Shown: positions 1-15,171, counted from the first letter of the stretch. The stretch is 64,000 nucleotides of DNA from Balamuthia mandrillaris (GCA_031835245.2 JAVKOQ020000007.1:186001-250000), one strand, 5' to 3'. Translations and numbers: made by a program. Notes: generated by a model not told the origin, from the sequence alone.

Positions 1-387
1 CAGGGCTCCGCTGGCGGTGAGGAGGCTGATGGCGCCATCCTCCTTCACGTCCACCAGGAGGAACTCGTCCTTGTCGACCCTGGGCACCTCCACATCTCCA
101 GAGGAGAGCATCTCACGCTTTTTGCCAGTGAAGAGGTCGATGCCGACAATGTGTGCCTTGGCGTGTCCGTGCTTGCCGGGCTTGGACTTGTTGATCTCCA
201 CGACCTTGCAAGGGTGGCCATTGATGAGGATGAAGCCACCCTTCTTGACGTTGTTCATCTTGTCAGGGTAGGAGAGACTCTCATTGTCGACCACGTTCAC
301 GTTGGAGGTGGAGTGGGTGGATTCTTGGTCGTTATTGCTGTTGTTCTGGTCGCTATTGTTGTTGTGGTTCACCTTCTTTTTGGCCAT
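1..387 (-). CDS. eIF5A: Translation factor eIF5A-like protein (3' end runs off the window)
   Basis: Manual translation from ATG 387: MAKKKVNHNNN...VKKGGFILINGHPCKVVEINKSKPGKHGHAKAHIVGIDLFTGKK, containing the hypusine-loop motif GKHGHAK. Confidence 0.93.
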   Translation of the reverse strand, partial: MAKKKVNHNNNSDQNNSNNDQESTHSTSNVNVVDNESLSYPDKMNNVKKGGFILINGHPCKVVEINKSKPGKHGHAKAHIVGIDLFTGKKREMLSSGDVEVPRVDKDEFLLVDVKEDGAISLLTASGAL

Positions 388-812
388 TTGGAGCAGATGG
401 AGGAGTGGTCTTGGGGTTTGTTGCTAGTTTGCTTGTGGAATGCCAGCTTGGACACCGTTGAGGTTGCTTGAAAGTCTTCTTTCTTTTGGGTTGCAATGTT
501 TTACACAGAAACGACCAAAAGAAAAAAGACAGTGCTGTCTTTGGTGGGAGTGTAGCGAGTAGAGTTGGGTTGCTTGTGAGCGGTGAAGCAAAAAGAAAGC
601 AAAGGAAGGTAAGCCAAGCACTTCTATTTTTTGTACGGGCGGGTGTTGGCTGTTCCCTGAAGCTGAATGCACCAGGTGATTCCCAAAACAATGGAGAAGG
701 GATCGGGAAAACTGAGGATCTGATCAACTGCGCTGTAGTCCTCGATCTCTCTCCCCAGAAAGGGCACTGTTTGCGAGAGGAGCAAATTCCCAGTATAGCA
801 AAGAGGATGAAG

Positions 813-816
<4 letters not shown>

Positions 817-867
<51 letters not shown>
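817..867. repeat. (GA)n microsatellite, probably in a minus-strand UTR intron
   Basis: Direct reading. Confidence 0.9.
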
Positions 868-969
868 CACACACACAATAACTATCAGAAGATTCGTTGT
901 TGAAAGGGAGTTTGGATGGCTCACCCAAATGAATAAATAAATAAATAATTGAAACAGGAATAAGAAGAC

Positions 970-3411
<2,442 letters not shown>

Positions 3412-3910
3412 CCTTGTCTTTGGTCCTTCGCTTGCTGGTGCAGCCGCAAACAAAAAAAAATTGGGCAGCAAAAAAAATTGAAATTGGCGGGCCAAGCTGA
3501 TGTCATTGTGTCGCCAAAAATTATCAACGGAGAAAAATTGCGGAACGAATTAATACGCATCATCAGCCTCACCCGCCAACAGAAAGAAATAAATAAATTA
3601 ATTAATTAAAAAACAAGTGAGAGAAGAAAAGGTCCAACAATTTTTTATTGGAAGGAAAAAAAAGAGGGGGATTGTGCTAAGTTGGTGCTCGCTTGTACAT
3701 ACTCGGGGTTGGTAGTAGGGCGTGCGTGGAATCGCAAAGTATGGTAGGATGATGCACTATCAGTACCAACTTTCAAAATCCTGATAAATAAGAAGTATAG
3801 AATGTGCATGAGGTTCTACCACATACACACAAACAGAAGAGAGACTCTGCTTGAAAAACTGAGCTGTTCAAAATAAAGAATGAAAGAGAAGATCCACTGC
3901 AAACGACCCT

Positions 3911-5364
3911 TTAGTCATCGTTGCCTTGGTCGCCTTCGCTGCCACCGCCGCTACTACCGCTGCTGCCCTCTTGCTTTTTGTCCACCAACTCCATGCCGTG
4001 TTCTTTCTTGGCCCGGATGGCAGCCATCTCCTTCTCCATCTGCTCCACTTTGTGCGTGGGAAAGGCGAAGCGGAGTGTGTCATCGATGAAGGTCCGAAGG
4101 TAGGCCAGTTGGTCTCGCAGCAGCGCATTCTCGCTGTGGAGTACGTCCACTTTGGCCTCTAGTTGGGTGTTGACGGCGTTTACTCCGGCAACCTTTTCTT
4201 CCAAGTCTTGGATATACTTCTTTTGCCTCTTCCTGAAGAGCTGTGCTGCTTGCCTGTTCTTCACCAACCTTTATTGTGTCCAGATTTGAATCAACGAAAG
4301 ACGCAAGTAGAAAGCAGAAAGGAGAGAAAAAGAAAAGACAAATAGCCTACCTCTTTTGCCTTTTGTATTCTTGGTCGTCGAGGGGTTGGTCTTCCTCCTC
4401 AGCAGCGTCCAGGTTGCTCTCCGATCGAGGAGAAGAAGAGGGAACAGGAGAGACAACAAATTGTTGCTCCTCCACTTTGTACTGCTGTGTTGACTGTTGT
4501 TGTTGTTGTTGTTGCTGCTGCTGCTGCTTGGTTTGCCGCGGGGCGCGCCTCTGTCGTTGCGGTTGTGATTGTTGTGGTTGTTGTTGAGCAGCCCGCCGAC
4601 CTCCTCCTGAAGAAAGAGGTTTAGTGGACGAAGAAGATGAAGGGCTCTTGCGCTTGGTGCCGCTTCCCGAGGAAGACGCGGAGGTGGACTTGTGGATAGT
4701 ATATTGTTGGGCGGCCACTTGCATTAAAGGGGCTTGTGGCTGCATCGAGAAAGCAGCGGTAGGGGCGGAAGTGGCGCCATGTACGCCACTCCCGTTGTCG
4801 TTCCTTCTGTTGTTTTGAGCTGTTTGTTGAGTGCTTCCTATTTGGTGCGAAAGGGTTTTTTTTTTGTGTAAAAATCAATCAAAGTGTAAGTAAATCGGCT
4901 GAAAAAAATAGGGGGTTTTGTTGTTGTTGTTGAGGTTTGATGGGATCAATCGAACCTTGATCGGCAGCCCGAGTAGGAACGGTGTGCATGGGCACGCTGA
5001 GATCGAGGGGAAAATCACCACCGTAAAAGGGGGCAAAGAAATCGTTGGGGCTTTCTTCCACCGGCGGGGAGGAGTGCGGGGAGTAATATTGGTGGGCCTC
5101 TGCGGCCTGAGGCGAAAGGAGCAAGTGCCTGTGATGGTGGTGATGGTGGCTGGCCGCCTCCTCGTCCTTTGGGGAGGTTAGCCTCACCGGTTCGAACTGG
5201 AGGTGTGACACAGAAGACAGATCTCCAGGTCGCTGGGAGGGCACCACATCCGTGTGAAAGAAAGAAGTGAACGGGCCAGCGTTCATATCACTGGTGGTGT
5301 TGAACTTGAAACTGTTGTCCATCTGACCAGCCCCACCGTAGACCACATCTTCCAAGCTATCCAT
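3911..5364 (-). CDS. bZIP transcription factor (ATF/CREB-like basic region), 3 exons
   Basis: KRQKR|LVKNRQAAQLFRKRQKKYIQDLEEKV followed by a heptad leucine zipper; Q/S-rich N-terminal region. Confidence 0.9.
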
Positions 5365-5614
5365 TCCTTTTCGATCTGAAATCAAAACACTGTTTGCCAA
5401 AAAAAAAAAAACACACACGAGAGACTTTGGCGGCTTCAAAGGCACAACCGCGTATAAGGGCGCGAAAAAAAAAGACGCTACTTCGCTCGGCGGGTGATGC
5501 GTGTGCGTGTGGTGGTCCTGCAAGAAGAAGAAGAACCAGTTTGGCGATTTTTGCAATTTTTTAATTTTCTGCGGACATTTACGATGCTGACATAAGCTTG
5601 GTCTACCGTGGAAA

Positions 5615-5622
5615 TGACGTCA
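5615..5622. promoter_or_regulatory. CRE palindrome TGACGTCA upstream of the bZIP gene
   Basis: Exact palindrome about 250 bp 5' of bZIP ATG 5364. Confidence 0.45.
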
Positions 5623-5709
5623 GCTTCTCTCTTCTCTTTGCTTCTCCCCCAGCTGGGGAAGGGGAGAGAAGACAAAACAAAATTCTTTGTTTTATTTTTC
5701 GTTTGCTGT

Positions 5710-7108
5710 TTAGAAATACCGCGAACCTTCTGGTGAGGTATCGTCCGTTGGGTCGAGCAGAGCCACTTGTTCCTCCTGCACTGTTGTAACCTCATAATCT
5801 TTCACTACGCCATATTAGTGGAATGCACAAGACACGAAAAGCAACAGAAAAAGAAAAGCACGAAGAAGAAGAAGAAGAAGAAGAAGAAGAAGAAGAAGAA
5901 AGAAGAAAGAAGAAGAAGAAAAAAGAAGAAAAAAGAAGAAGAAGAATAACACGTACGTCCAAAGACACGAGGGCGCACACAACGGTAATAAAACCAAAGT
6001 CCTATCAGGATGAGTTGTTGAATGCCAGTGCAAACGTAAGGAGCCCACGTCGTCCAACTCTTCTGGTTAATGATGCCCTGAAAGACGATGACCAGCAAAG
6101 CTCCTGGCATCTGCAATGCCAACATCCAAATGCTCAACATTCCTGGCCCCTTCTTCCACGTCGTGTAGATCTGGGGAGTCCAAACAACGGCAATGATGAC
6201 GGAGGAGAGAAGACCGACGACGTAGGCGAAGCCCTTCACTCCGTCGTTGTGTGGGGAAAGGTAGAGCACCAACCAGGCCGTGATGTAGCTTAAGATGAGG
6301 ATGATGAGCACGTTGCTCCAGAAGAACGTCCAAGCGGCAAAGCGTTGGAGCACTTTCTTCCTGCGGACTGCCATCTGTGAAGCCGTTGTGTCGAAGTACA
6401 TTGCTATAAACAAACACCTAATGTTTGTTTATTGAAAGTAGGGTTAACGGAGTAAAGAGAAGAAAAGAGAAGCGAGGAGACGGGAAGCAGAGGAAAGACA
6501 TAGAGAAATGAAGAGCAAAGAATAATAACGAAAAGGGAGAGGAAACGGCAAAGAATAGCTTCGTACAAGAAAAATAGACATACTGGGCCAATCAGCAGCT
6601 GTGTTATTGGCAGAGTCCTAGCCAAACAATGACCAAAGTTCTGGAAAGAACAGTCGCATAGGAATGTTGGTAAACTCAAGAGAGAGAGAGAGAGAGAGAG
6701 AGAAGAAGCCAGAGGAGAGAGAATAGACAACAGCAGAAGAAAGAGGGAGAGGACGAAACAAAAGGACAGAGTAGAGAGTGACGGAGAAAAAACGTAGATA
6801 AATAACGTACAGTGTGCCCGCAGCACTCCACATCCTCCCAACTGAGCAAAAGGGCATTGATGAGGGTCAAAAAGCCGCTCAAAAAGTTCAGCCACATGGC
6901 CAAAGGATTGATGCCATCACTGCTTTTATTCTTGGCAATGATCCAGAACTACACCAAAAGCAAACAAAACAAAAAAGATCAGAAAAGAGGGTGGTGTTCC
7001 GGCGCCACAACGAACCTGTGGAATGTACGAAACTAAGGTGCCGATGATCAAAAACAAGCCAAGGGCGGCGCTTTCTCCTTTCAGAGGAGCATCACAATCT
7101 TCCGCCAT
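5710..7108 (-). CDS. PQ-loop repeat multi-pass membrane protein (lysosomal/vacuolar transporter-like)
   Basis: Two PQ motifs (LVSYIPQ; VVWTPQIYTTWK), several TM helices; the last exon ends ...EEQVALLDPTDDTSPEGSRYF*. Confidence 0.88.
5863..5946. repeat. (GAA)n microsatellite in the last intron of the PQ-loop gene
   Basis: Direct reading. Confidence 0.9.
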
Positions 7109-7400
7109 TTCGAACCAAACCAAAAAAAGCTAAGCTATTTACAACAAAACAAAAAAAAGCAATCTTATAAATAAACGTTCTTTCTTCCTCTCTCCCGTTT
7201 GAGAGGCACCGCGTTCCAAAGAAACAAGAAAGTGAGCAATCGTATACGTTTTTTTTAAAATAAAAAGCAACGTGGTGGCAGACAGGGAACGTCTGCGTAC
7301 CTTGTTGCTTTGTTATCCCCACAAAGCGAAACCCAATACTTTCTTCCTTTCTTTTCCTTTCTTTTAATACCTATCGAAATTTCGTTTCCTCAATTAACCA

Positions 7401-7414
7401 GTTGCTATGGTAAC
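7401..7414. promoter_or_regulatory. RFX X-box-like element GTTGCTATGGTAAC
   Basis: Imperfect palindrome resembling the X-box consensus, in the PQ-loop/shugoshin divergent spacer. Confidence 0.45.
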
Positions 7415-7688
7415 ACCAGCGTCACGAGCACGTCGACACGACAGGCCGAGTTTCCCGCCATTTTTTACCCAACACAGAAGCGGGCCTTCGCTCTCACATC
7501 TTCTCTTGGACGAGAATGATGCCTCTCAATAACAATTTTTTGTTTTGGTTTGGCAAAGGAAACGGGGTAGAAGAGAAGAAAAGAGAAGAGAAGAAAAGAG
7601 AAGAAAAGAAAAGGAAAGAAAACAGAAAAAGAAGAAATTTAACGTAGCAGAACAAGGAGAGGAGACGAAAAAAAAAAACAAGTAGCGA

Positions 7689-9938
7689 ATGGAGCTGGAA
7701 GATGTGATTGCGACAAGAGCAGCAACCCCAAGGACGAGCTCAGCGGGGAAGAAATGCAGCAACTGCGAAACGATCACGAAAAGAGCTGCTCAGCGAATAC
7801 AAGAACTGAAAGTGCAGATAGACAAGGGTTGGTCCACTTTCTCCTTGATGCAAGTTTTGTGAAGCCGAAAAAGATTTTTTAAACTGACCTGTTCAACCAT
7901 GGTAGAAAAACGAAGCCACACAGAGGCTAATAATGCCATCATCAGGGCAAACGCAAGGCTTCAAGCTTCGTATCCTTTTTTTTTTTTTGAAGTTTTCGTT
8001 CAGTGAGCAGAGGAGAACAGTATTTGAGCTTTAACCAAACGCTGTCTCTTTCACAAAAGACTTGACGAAACGGCCCAGACTGCACGAAAGCTTTCCAACG
8101 ACCGGGAAGAGTTAGTTTTGCTGGTACAATTGAAAGAACGTGAGATAGAAGGATTAAAGGTAGCTCACTGAAAATCCATCGCATTCTATTTCTAATGAAC
8201 ATACCACTCTTTGGTGTGACAGGCAGAGGCGGTGGTGTTGAAAAAGAGCGCGGCCAGAGCTGGAAAAATGTTTGAGGAGCTCAAAACAGTTATCACAGAT
8301 GGATTGCGTGAGGTGATAACGAAGCAGACGGACTTTCACCAACAGACAGGTACCAAAGTAGATCAAGCGCTACGCGAGCTGTTGGATCAAGTAAAAGCGA
8401 GCCAGAAAAGCTCACTTGCGGCCGCTTCGGCCCCACCGCCATCGCCAAGTAGATCACAAGTTTTAGGGCAAGCAATGAGAGTTAGTCAACCATTTGCTCC
8501 GATACGTCCAAGCACACCGCTTCGAAGACAACCTCTAGGCGTATTGCCAGTTACACAATCACTACCTCCGCCACCGTGTAAGTCAATCCCTCTTTTTTTG
8601 TCCCGTGCTCAGAATTAAAACCTGAAAGAAAAGAAACTGAACAACACCGACGTATCTCACACAGCGGCAAATCCTCCTCTCAAAGATGGGTTGGGCTTTG
8701 CTGTTCCAGCGCCGGTGAAACAAAAAAGCACTCAGACATTGGTACCAGAAAGTCTATTTGAAATATCAGAAACCAAAAATGAAAGGTAAGCACACTTTGC
8801 TAAAAGCAAACATCTACTTACTGCAAATCAATCGCCCATCTCTTTGGCCATTGCTGTCCGTTAGCTTTGCACCTTCTGCAAGTTCGTCTCACTCAGCATC
8901 GGTTACGTTCACCAACGAGGACATGGTGGTGTCTCCGCTTGCCAAAATGGCTAAGGGCAATTCTGTAGAAGAGGAGTCACTCGAAGATGAAAAGGATGAA
9001 GTGAATGGTGAAGCAGCGGCTGAAGTTGATACCCCAGAAGACAAAGAAAATGTTGCTAATCGTAAGGCAACTAACACTACCAAGCAACAAGTCACAAAGA
9101 AAACAGATAAAAGGAAGAAGGCAACAAACCAGAAGAGCACATCAAAAACAACAAAACGGAAAAAAAGCCCGACAACAAAGAAACCATCAACGGAAGTCCA
9201 ACAATCAACTGGCAGAAGTCGTCTTCCTCCTCGTCAATCAAAGTTGAAGATAAAGTCGCTGGCGGATCCATCATTGAACTGCAAGCTTCGTCAGGGCGAT
9301 CCTCACACTTTCACGTTAAAGGAAAGAATTGAACTTCCCAGCAGCACCAACCAGAGTACGTGCTCTTTCGAGAATTTGAACGTTGATGGCATCTAACAGC
9401 GGTGCTTCTTTTTACCTGTTTATGTCGATTACAAGGGGCCAGTCAGAAGTGGAAGAAGGTGGAGGAAGAAGCAAGAATGCAGGTCCTCGGAAGCATTCGC
9501 TACAATCAGCCATCAGAGGAAGCAGATCAACAACAGCAATCAAGAAATTCGAAAAGAACCACAAGCGGGCGCAAGAGAAAAACCGCCGCGGCTTCGTCTT
9601 CTTGCTCATCTACTTCTCTTTCCGGACAGAAGACTCGTCGTTTGAGGCCTAAGAAATTACACAACGAAGCAGAAGATGAAAATGAAGACGAGCCTATGAT
9701 GACGAACATACCTTCTTCTCCTTCTCCCTCCTCCAAAGAAGAAAAACGTCACCATCATCCTCCATCTACTCCGATGTTGGAAGGAACAGTCGTGGAAGAC
9801 TCGCCACTGTTGGTGCAATCACCGCTTGCTGTGTTGGATCTCCCGCACCAGACGTATGGTCAAAAGCAGAGAAAAAAGTCGTTGGTGAGTCGTCCTTCCG
9901 TTGGATATGACAGTATTTCAAGCATCAGTTGGAGTTGA
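7689..9938 (+). CDS. SGO1: Shugoshin-like centromeric cohesion protector, multi-exon
   Basis: N-terminal coiled coil DKEKRSHTEANNAIIRANARLQASL and SGO motif RQSKLKIKSLADPSLNCKLRQGDPHTF. Confidence 0.75.
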
Positions 9939-10073
9939 AGCGTTGATGTTCAAGTTTTCAGTTTGTTCAGTTTGGTTGCATTTTGTTCGTTCAAGAAAAA
10001 TGTTTGTGAAGTCATTTCTGAGAGAGAACGTGCAAACGAGAAAACAAAAATAAACGCGAAACACAAGAAGCAG

Positions 10074-10227
10074 AAGGAAGGAAGGAAGGAAGGAAGGAAG
10101 GAAGGAAGGAAGGGAAGGAAGGAAGAAGGAAAGAAGGAAGGAAGGAAGGGAAGAAGGAAGGAAGGAAGGAAGGAAGGAAGGAAGGAAGGAAGGAAGGAAG
10201 GAAGGAAGGAAGGAAGGAAGGAAGGAA

Positions 10228-10258
<31 letters not shown>

Positions 10259-10265
10259 CGGAAGG
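10074..10265. repeat. (GGAA)n/(GAAA)n polypurine microsatellite between convergent genes
   Basis: Direct reading. Confidence 0.95.
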
Positions 10266-10621
10266 AAGAAAAAAAAGAAACAAAGCAAGAAAAAAAAAGT
10301 AACAAAGAGAGAGAGAGAACGAAAGCACAACAAGCGCTATGTAAAAACAACTTTTTGATTGAAGCCAACGGGAAAAAGCACCTAAAACGAAACAAATCGC
10401 TTTCACTAAAACAAAAGCAAACACAAGACGACGAGAACAGAGAAAAGAGAGGCCATCAAGTATAATTACACGTGATATGCAGCAACAGCAGCAGGCAAGG
10501 ATCACCCTAAACAAATGTGGCAGAAACAACTGTGAATGAATGATAAAGTAGAGAGAGAAAAAAGAGAGGAAAGAGAGAAGACGTACCTTAAGAAAGAGAA
10601 GAAAAAAGGAGAGGAAGCTTT

Positions 10622-12110
10622 TCAGAGACTGTCAGGCAGTTGCTCGATCTGTTTGAGCAAAAATGCTTTCTCGTCCGCAAATTGCTCGTCGTCTGTTGAA
10701 CAAAGGAAGAAGCAAAGAATTGGAAAAGAAGAGGGTAAACAAAAGCAGCCAGAGCCATAAAATGAAAGAAAGAGAGACAAACCTTTATCGTTGTGGAAGT
10801 TGGATAGGAAAGCGATGAGTTTATGTTTGTTGTTGACAAGAATTTCGAGGATGGGCCTAGCCTTGTTGGGGTTGGCCACAAAGACTTTAAACACGTGGAA
10901 GGCCTCGAATTGAATGTTTTTGCTCTTATCGATCAGCAGGTTCATCATCAATTTGAGATTTTCTTCGTCGCTAATGTACTTTGTCATTACGTTGAAATTG
11001 GCTCTGTCCAACAGCAACTCTCCCAACAACTGCAAAGGGAAATCAGAATAGCGAAAAGCAATAGTTTTTAGTAACGCAAGAAGAGAAAAAGGGACAAAAA
11101 AAGGTAAGAAAGGAAACAACAAAGATAAGAGAGTGACCTTAAGGGATTGCCTCTTAGTAACGTAGCTCTTGGAGTGCAACAAGTGGGTATATTCCTCGAA
11201 GATAGTGTCATAGTTCGACTCTAGATATTCAGCACATAGAGCTTTGTGCACTGTCAAAAGGTCCTGTGCGAAAAGTTACATTCAAGCTCTTTACAATACG
11301 CGAGAAAGAGGAAAGAGCAAGAGAGAAAGAGAAGGAGAAACGATGGAAGAGAAACGACGAGAGAGAGAGAGAGAGAAGCAAAACGCACTTTGAAACTCAT
11401 AAATGCATCAGAGGCGACGTCAAAGCCCTCGTATTCAACATAGATGAAGAACTTAATAAAGTTGGGAGAACGGAGCACATGTTTTGCAAGAGGTTCATGC
11501 TCGAGACACTGCCGCAACATCTGACCAGAAGGAAGAGCCACTTCAGCATCTTCATAGCCAATACAAAGAGTGTCCAGGAGGGGGGTGTTCTTTTCCATGT
11601 ATTCCACGAACGGTTTGCGGCCGCCTTCTTCGCGCCGCATCAAGTTTCCAAATATTATCACAAAGTCTTTCTTTGCCTGTTGAGAGAGCGAGAGAGAAAG
11701 AGAGAGGAGAGAAAGAGAGAGGAAACGGGAAAGGGATGAGTGAAGAGCAAGGGAAAAGTGTTGAAAGAAGTTTGAAAGAAGGAAAGAAAACTGGGAAGAA
11801 CAGAAAGCGATAGCAAGGAGAAGAGAGCAACCTCAAAGGCAAGTGCGGCAAGGTTGCTGATGAGAAGGGCAATGAGGTCAGAGCTGAGAATCTCAGCGGC
11901 GAGTTCGTTGATGGCCTCAGGATTGGGTTCCGACTTTTCGTCGCCGTAAAGCACCGCCTTCATCCCCTTCAGAGCGTTACTTAATTCTCCCTGGGCCTTG
12001 CCTTGCTTGCTGGAGTTATCCTTGTTCTTCTGCCAGCTCGCAAGAGCGGCTTTGCTGTGCTTTACCAAGCTGGCGGGCTTCTCCTTCTTGCTCTTGATGA
12101 AAAAACTCAT
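10622..12110 (-). CDS. MO25: MO25/CAB39 scaffold protein, multi-exon
   Basis: [67 protein letters not shown]. Confidence 0.97.
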
Positions 12111-12533
12111 CTTCCCTTTCTCTTATCCAAAATTTAAAAAAAAACCTCCTAACAGTGACTCAAACAAACAAAAAAAAATGGCAAGTCAGGAAAAAAAATA
12201 GTTTGTTTTGGGCTTGAAAGGGGGAGCTTTGGCGCACTTAGTTGCAAATAGATAAAAAGGGTAATGAAGTCCTTCCTCCTCCGTTGGTGTTTGGTGTTTT
12301 TTTCCCCCCTCTGCTTGCACCTCTCTCCTCTCTTTTCTTCGCGGTGGGAATTTTTTTTCTGTTCGGACGACAGACAAATTCCGTCGACCAATAAATGTTG
12401 ATAAGCTCGCCAAACAATTTTAAATTGGCTTTGATGACTCCTCGTTCGGAGAATTACACTGTCCCACGACGACGTGAAATGTAATCTTTAGTATTTCGCG
12501 TCGACGTGAAGATTTCGGTAGGCAAAGGAGCAG

Positions 12534-13071
12534 ATGGAAGGAAAGGAAGCGGAAGCATCGCCGTTGTTCAAAGCGGCCAAGTCCGGGGAAAAGTTCAAGG
12601 TCCTGCAAATCTTGCAGCAGGGAACCTGCAAAGCGCAGCTCGATAGCCTGTACCCCTGTCATAACCTCGGTCACCTCTCCGCCCTTCACGTCGCCCTCAA
12701 AGAGAGACACTGGAAAGTGGTGGAGCTTCTTTTGTTTGGCGGAGTTCGTTCTTTCTTGTCGTTGCTTTCTTTCTTGTCGTTTCTTTCTTTTGTTCTTACG
12801 GTCACACTTCTTTGATTTTTTAGTTGAACCCAAACAAGAAAGACTCGAATGGAAATACGGCATTGCATTGGGCTGTGAAGGAAGCGGCACCGCTGGACCT
12901 GATCAAACGGTTGTTAGACAAAGACGCGAATCCTTTTCTGTGTAACCTTCGCAAGAGCAGCCCTTACACCGAGCTTCCGACTGATGAGTCTTCCCTTACT
13001 TCCGAAGCCCATAACGATACTCTCAAGTTGCTGTTTTCGGTCCTTAAAGGTTTCAACTCTCTTTGTCGTCA

Positions 13072-13116
<45 letters not shown>

Positions 13117-14855
13117 TTCTTCTTTCTGGTCTCCTGATAACTTTGTTCTTTTGCCCATTTCTCTCCATATTAAACACGGGAACACAATGAAGAGAAAGAA
13201 GTAGTGCTGACGACAGGGTTGGCTTCCAGTTCATCCACTGAAGGAGCCACAACTTCTCTGACCAAGAAAGAAGCTCTCACGTTTCTCTATTCTCTATCTG
13301 CAGGTGACAAACACGCAACAAACAATACATCCAAACACAACCACAACTAACGTTAATGAGAATATTAGAGCCACAAAGAGCGCTACTACGAAGAGCAGAA
13401 GTACGACTGAAGAAGGAAGTTTGGCAAAAGGTAGTTCATTTACTGCGCTACGATGGGGCCGGCAAAAGTGGAGAGGATGGCCCAAAACAAGGCGCACCTC
13501 CTTCCGAGCCGAAAGATATTCTCGTTATGGCTGCTGTTGTGCTTCACAATTTTGCTAGAGGTACATTCCATCTTTCTTGAACATCCATTGGCAGCAACAA
13601 ACTTATTCTAACAAACAACCACAACTACAACAACAACAAAAAAAGAGGAGGAATATGCAACAGAGATAGGGGAGTGCACAGGAACGTTTGCGTTTTTGTT
13701 CAGCTTAATATGCGCTCACGCAGATGCCTCTGTTAAAAAGTATGCGATGCATACTCTCCTTGCCCTGTGCACTTACTCTGGTTGGTTTAAAATCATGTTC
13801 TCTCTCTCGCTCTTGTATTGCAGCTAAATTTGCATTTTCGGTTTGTGAAGATAAGAACAAGTCTACGGTGGCTTGCAAGTGGTTACGAGTACTGAGGCAA
13901 CTGCTCATCCAACCAAAAATGGAGGCCCTTAAACCTAAAGCTTGCTCTGTTTTGGCCGAGCTAACCCGCGGTTTTGGTACTTTATCCTTATTTTAATTTT
14001 TCTTTGCAACTCACTTACACAGGTTTTATTTAGAGGAAGGCAAACAAAGAGTAAGACAAGAGGTAGATCTTGCTCTTATATTATCTCTTCTTCGTTCGGA
14101 AGATGCAGCTATACGACACGATGGCTGTCGAATTCTGACAAATCTGTCAAATGGATGCAGTATGTACTTCTCCGCCACTTTCGTTATGTTATGGCAGCGC
14201 TAAGTTGTTTAAATTAGGCTTAACACAAGCGAGGATAGTATTGGTCGATAAATCTATGGAGTTATTGGTTGGCTTTCTACGGCAGAATGAAGAGCAAGAA
14301 TGCATCGTGCTGGCTGCGCTACAAACAATTGGCAACATTCTTGAACTGGTGATGGAACCGGAAGTCAAAGAAGACGAAGCAAATACCACTTTGCAAACAG
14401 AAGAACAAGAAGTTAGAGAAGAGCAACAGCGGCGACAAGGTCGAACAACGTTGCTTCGCTTTGTGGTTGAGTCAGAGCTGACTTTGAGTTTGTTGGATGT
14501 GTTAACTCGAAACAAACAACGAAGAGGCCAAGACGAGGCTCGAGAGCAAGCTCTTCGTGCTGTGGCCACCATTCTAAAGAGCGGAGGTCTCTTTCTTTCC
14601 TTTCTCTCTATTTTTTTTTTGTTTTTTGTTATTTTTGTTATTTTGTTGTTTAGTTTTATTTGTTGATTGCTTCTTTTCCTCTTGCTCACTTGATTTGTCA
14701 GCAATGAAAGCGGAGCAGATGAAAGATGTGCTCCCGTTTGCTGTCGAAGCCACTATTCAATCTACTTCGGATGAGGCAAAAGAATCTCTGTTGTCGCCGA
14801 TAACTAAGCGAAACACTGCCACCATCTTATTTTATTTTTCCAGCGGTACGTTCTT

Positions 14856-14890
<35 letters not shown>

Positions 14891-15082
14891 GAATCTATTC
14901 TCATTTCTGTTTCTATGTAATCATTTTGGTTCCATATTTTAACAGAGGCATCGACGAAGGAAGCCATGCAACCCCACAAAGAAAAGTTGGTAGGTTCGTT
15001 GCGGATATTGACCGAGTCTGATGGCATCACCAGAGAGCAAGCGCTAAGCACTTTGGCAAATCTGGGCTGGTCTATCACGTGA
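12534..15082 (+). CDS. Ankyrin-repeat protein with C-terminal ARM/HEAT-like helical repeats, multi-exon
   Basis: SALHVALKERHWKVVELLL and PNKKDSNGNTALHWAV ankyrin repeats; later exons are amphipathic helices (LAALQTIGNIL, AREQALRAVATIL, REQALSTLANL); stop TGA 15080-15082. Confidence 0.8.
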
Positions 15083-15171
15083 CCAACATCGATGTAACAT
15101 TAGTTCTCCTTTCTTCCTTTTTCTTCTTCATTTTGTGTAAAGCCTTCAAAGTGCTAAACGTTGTATCATTG

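Noticed and set aside
9918..10529. Several 127-203 aa ORFs (LPSF/EGRK repeats)
   Set aside because: Translations of the GGAA microsatellite
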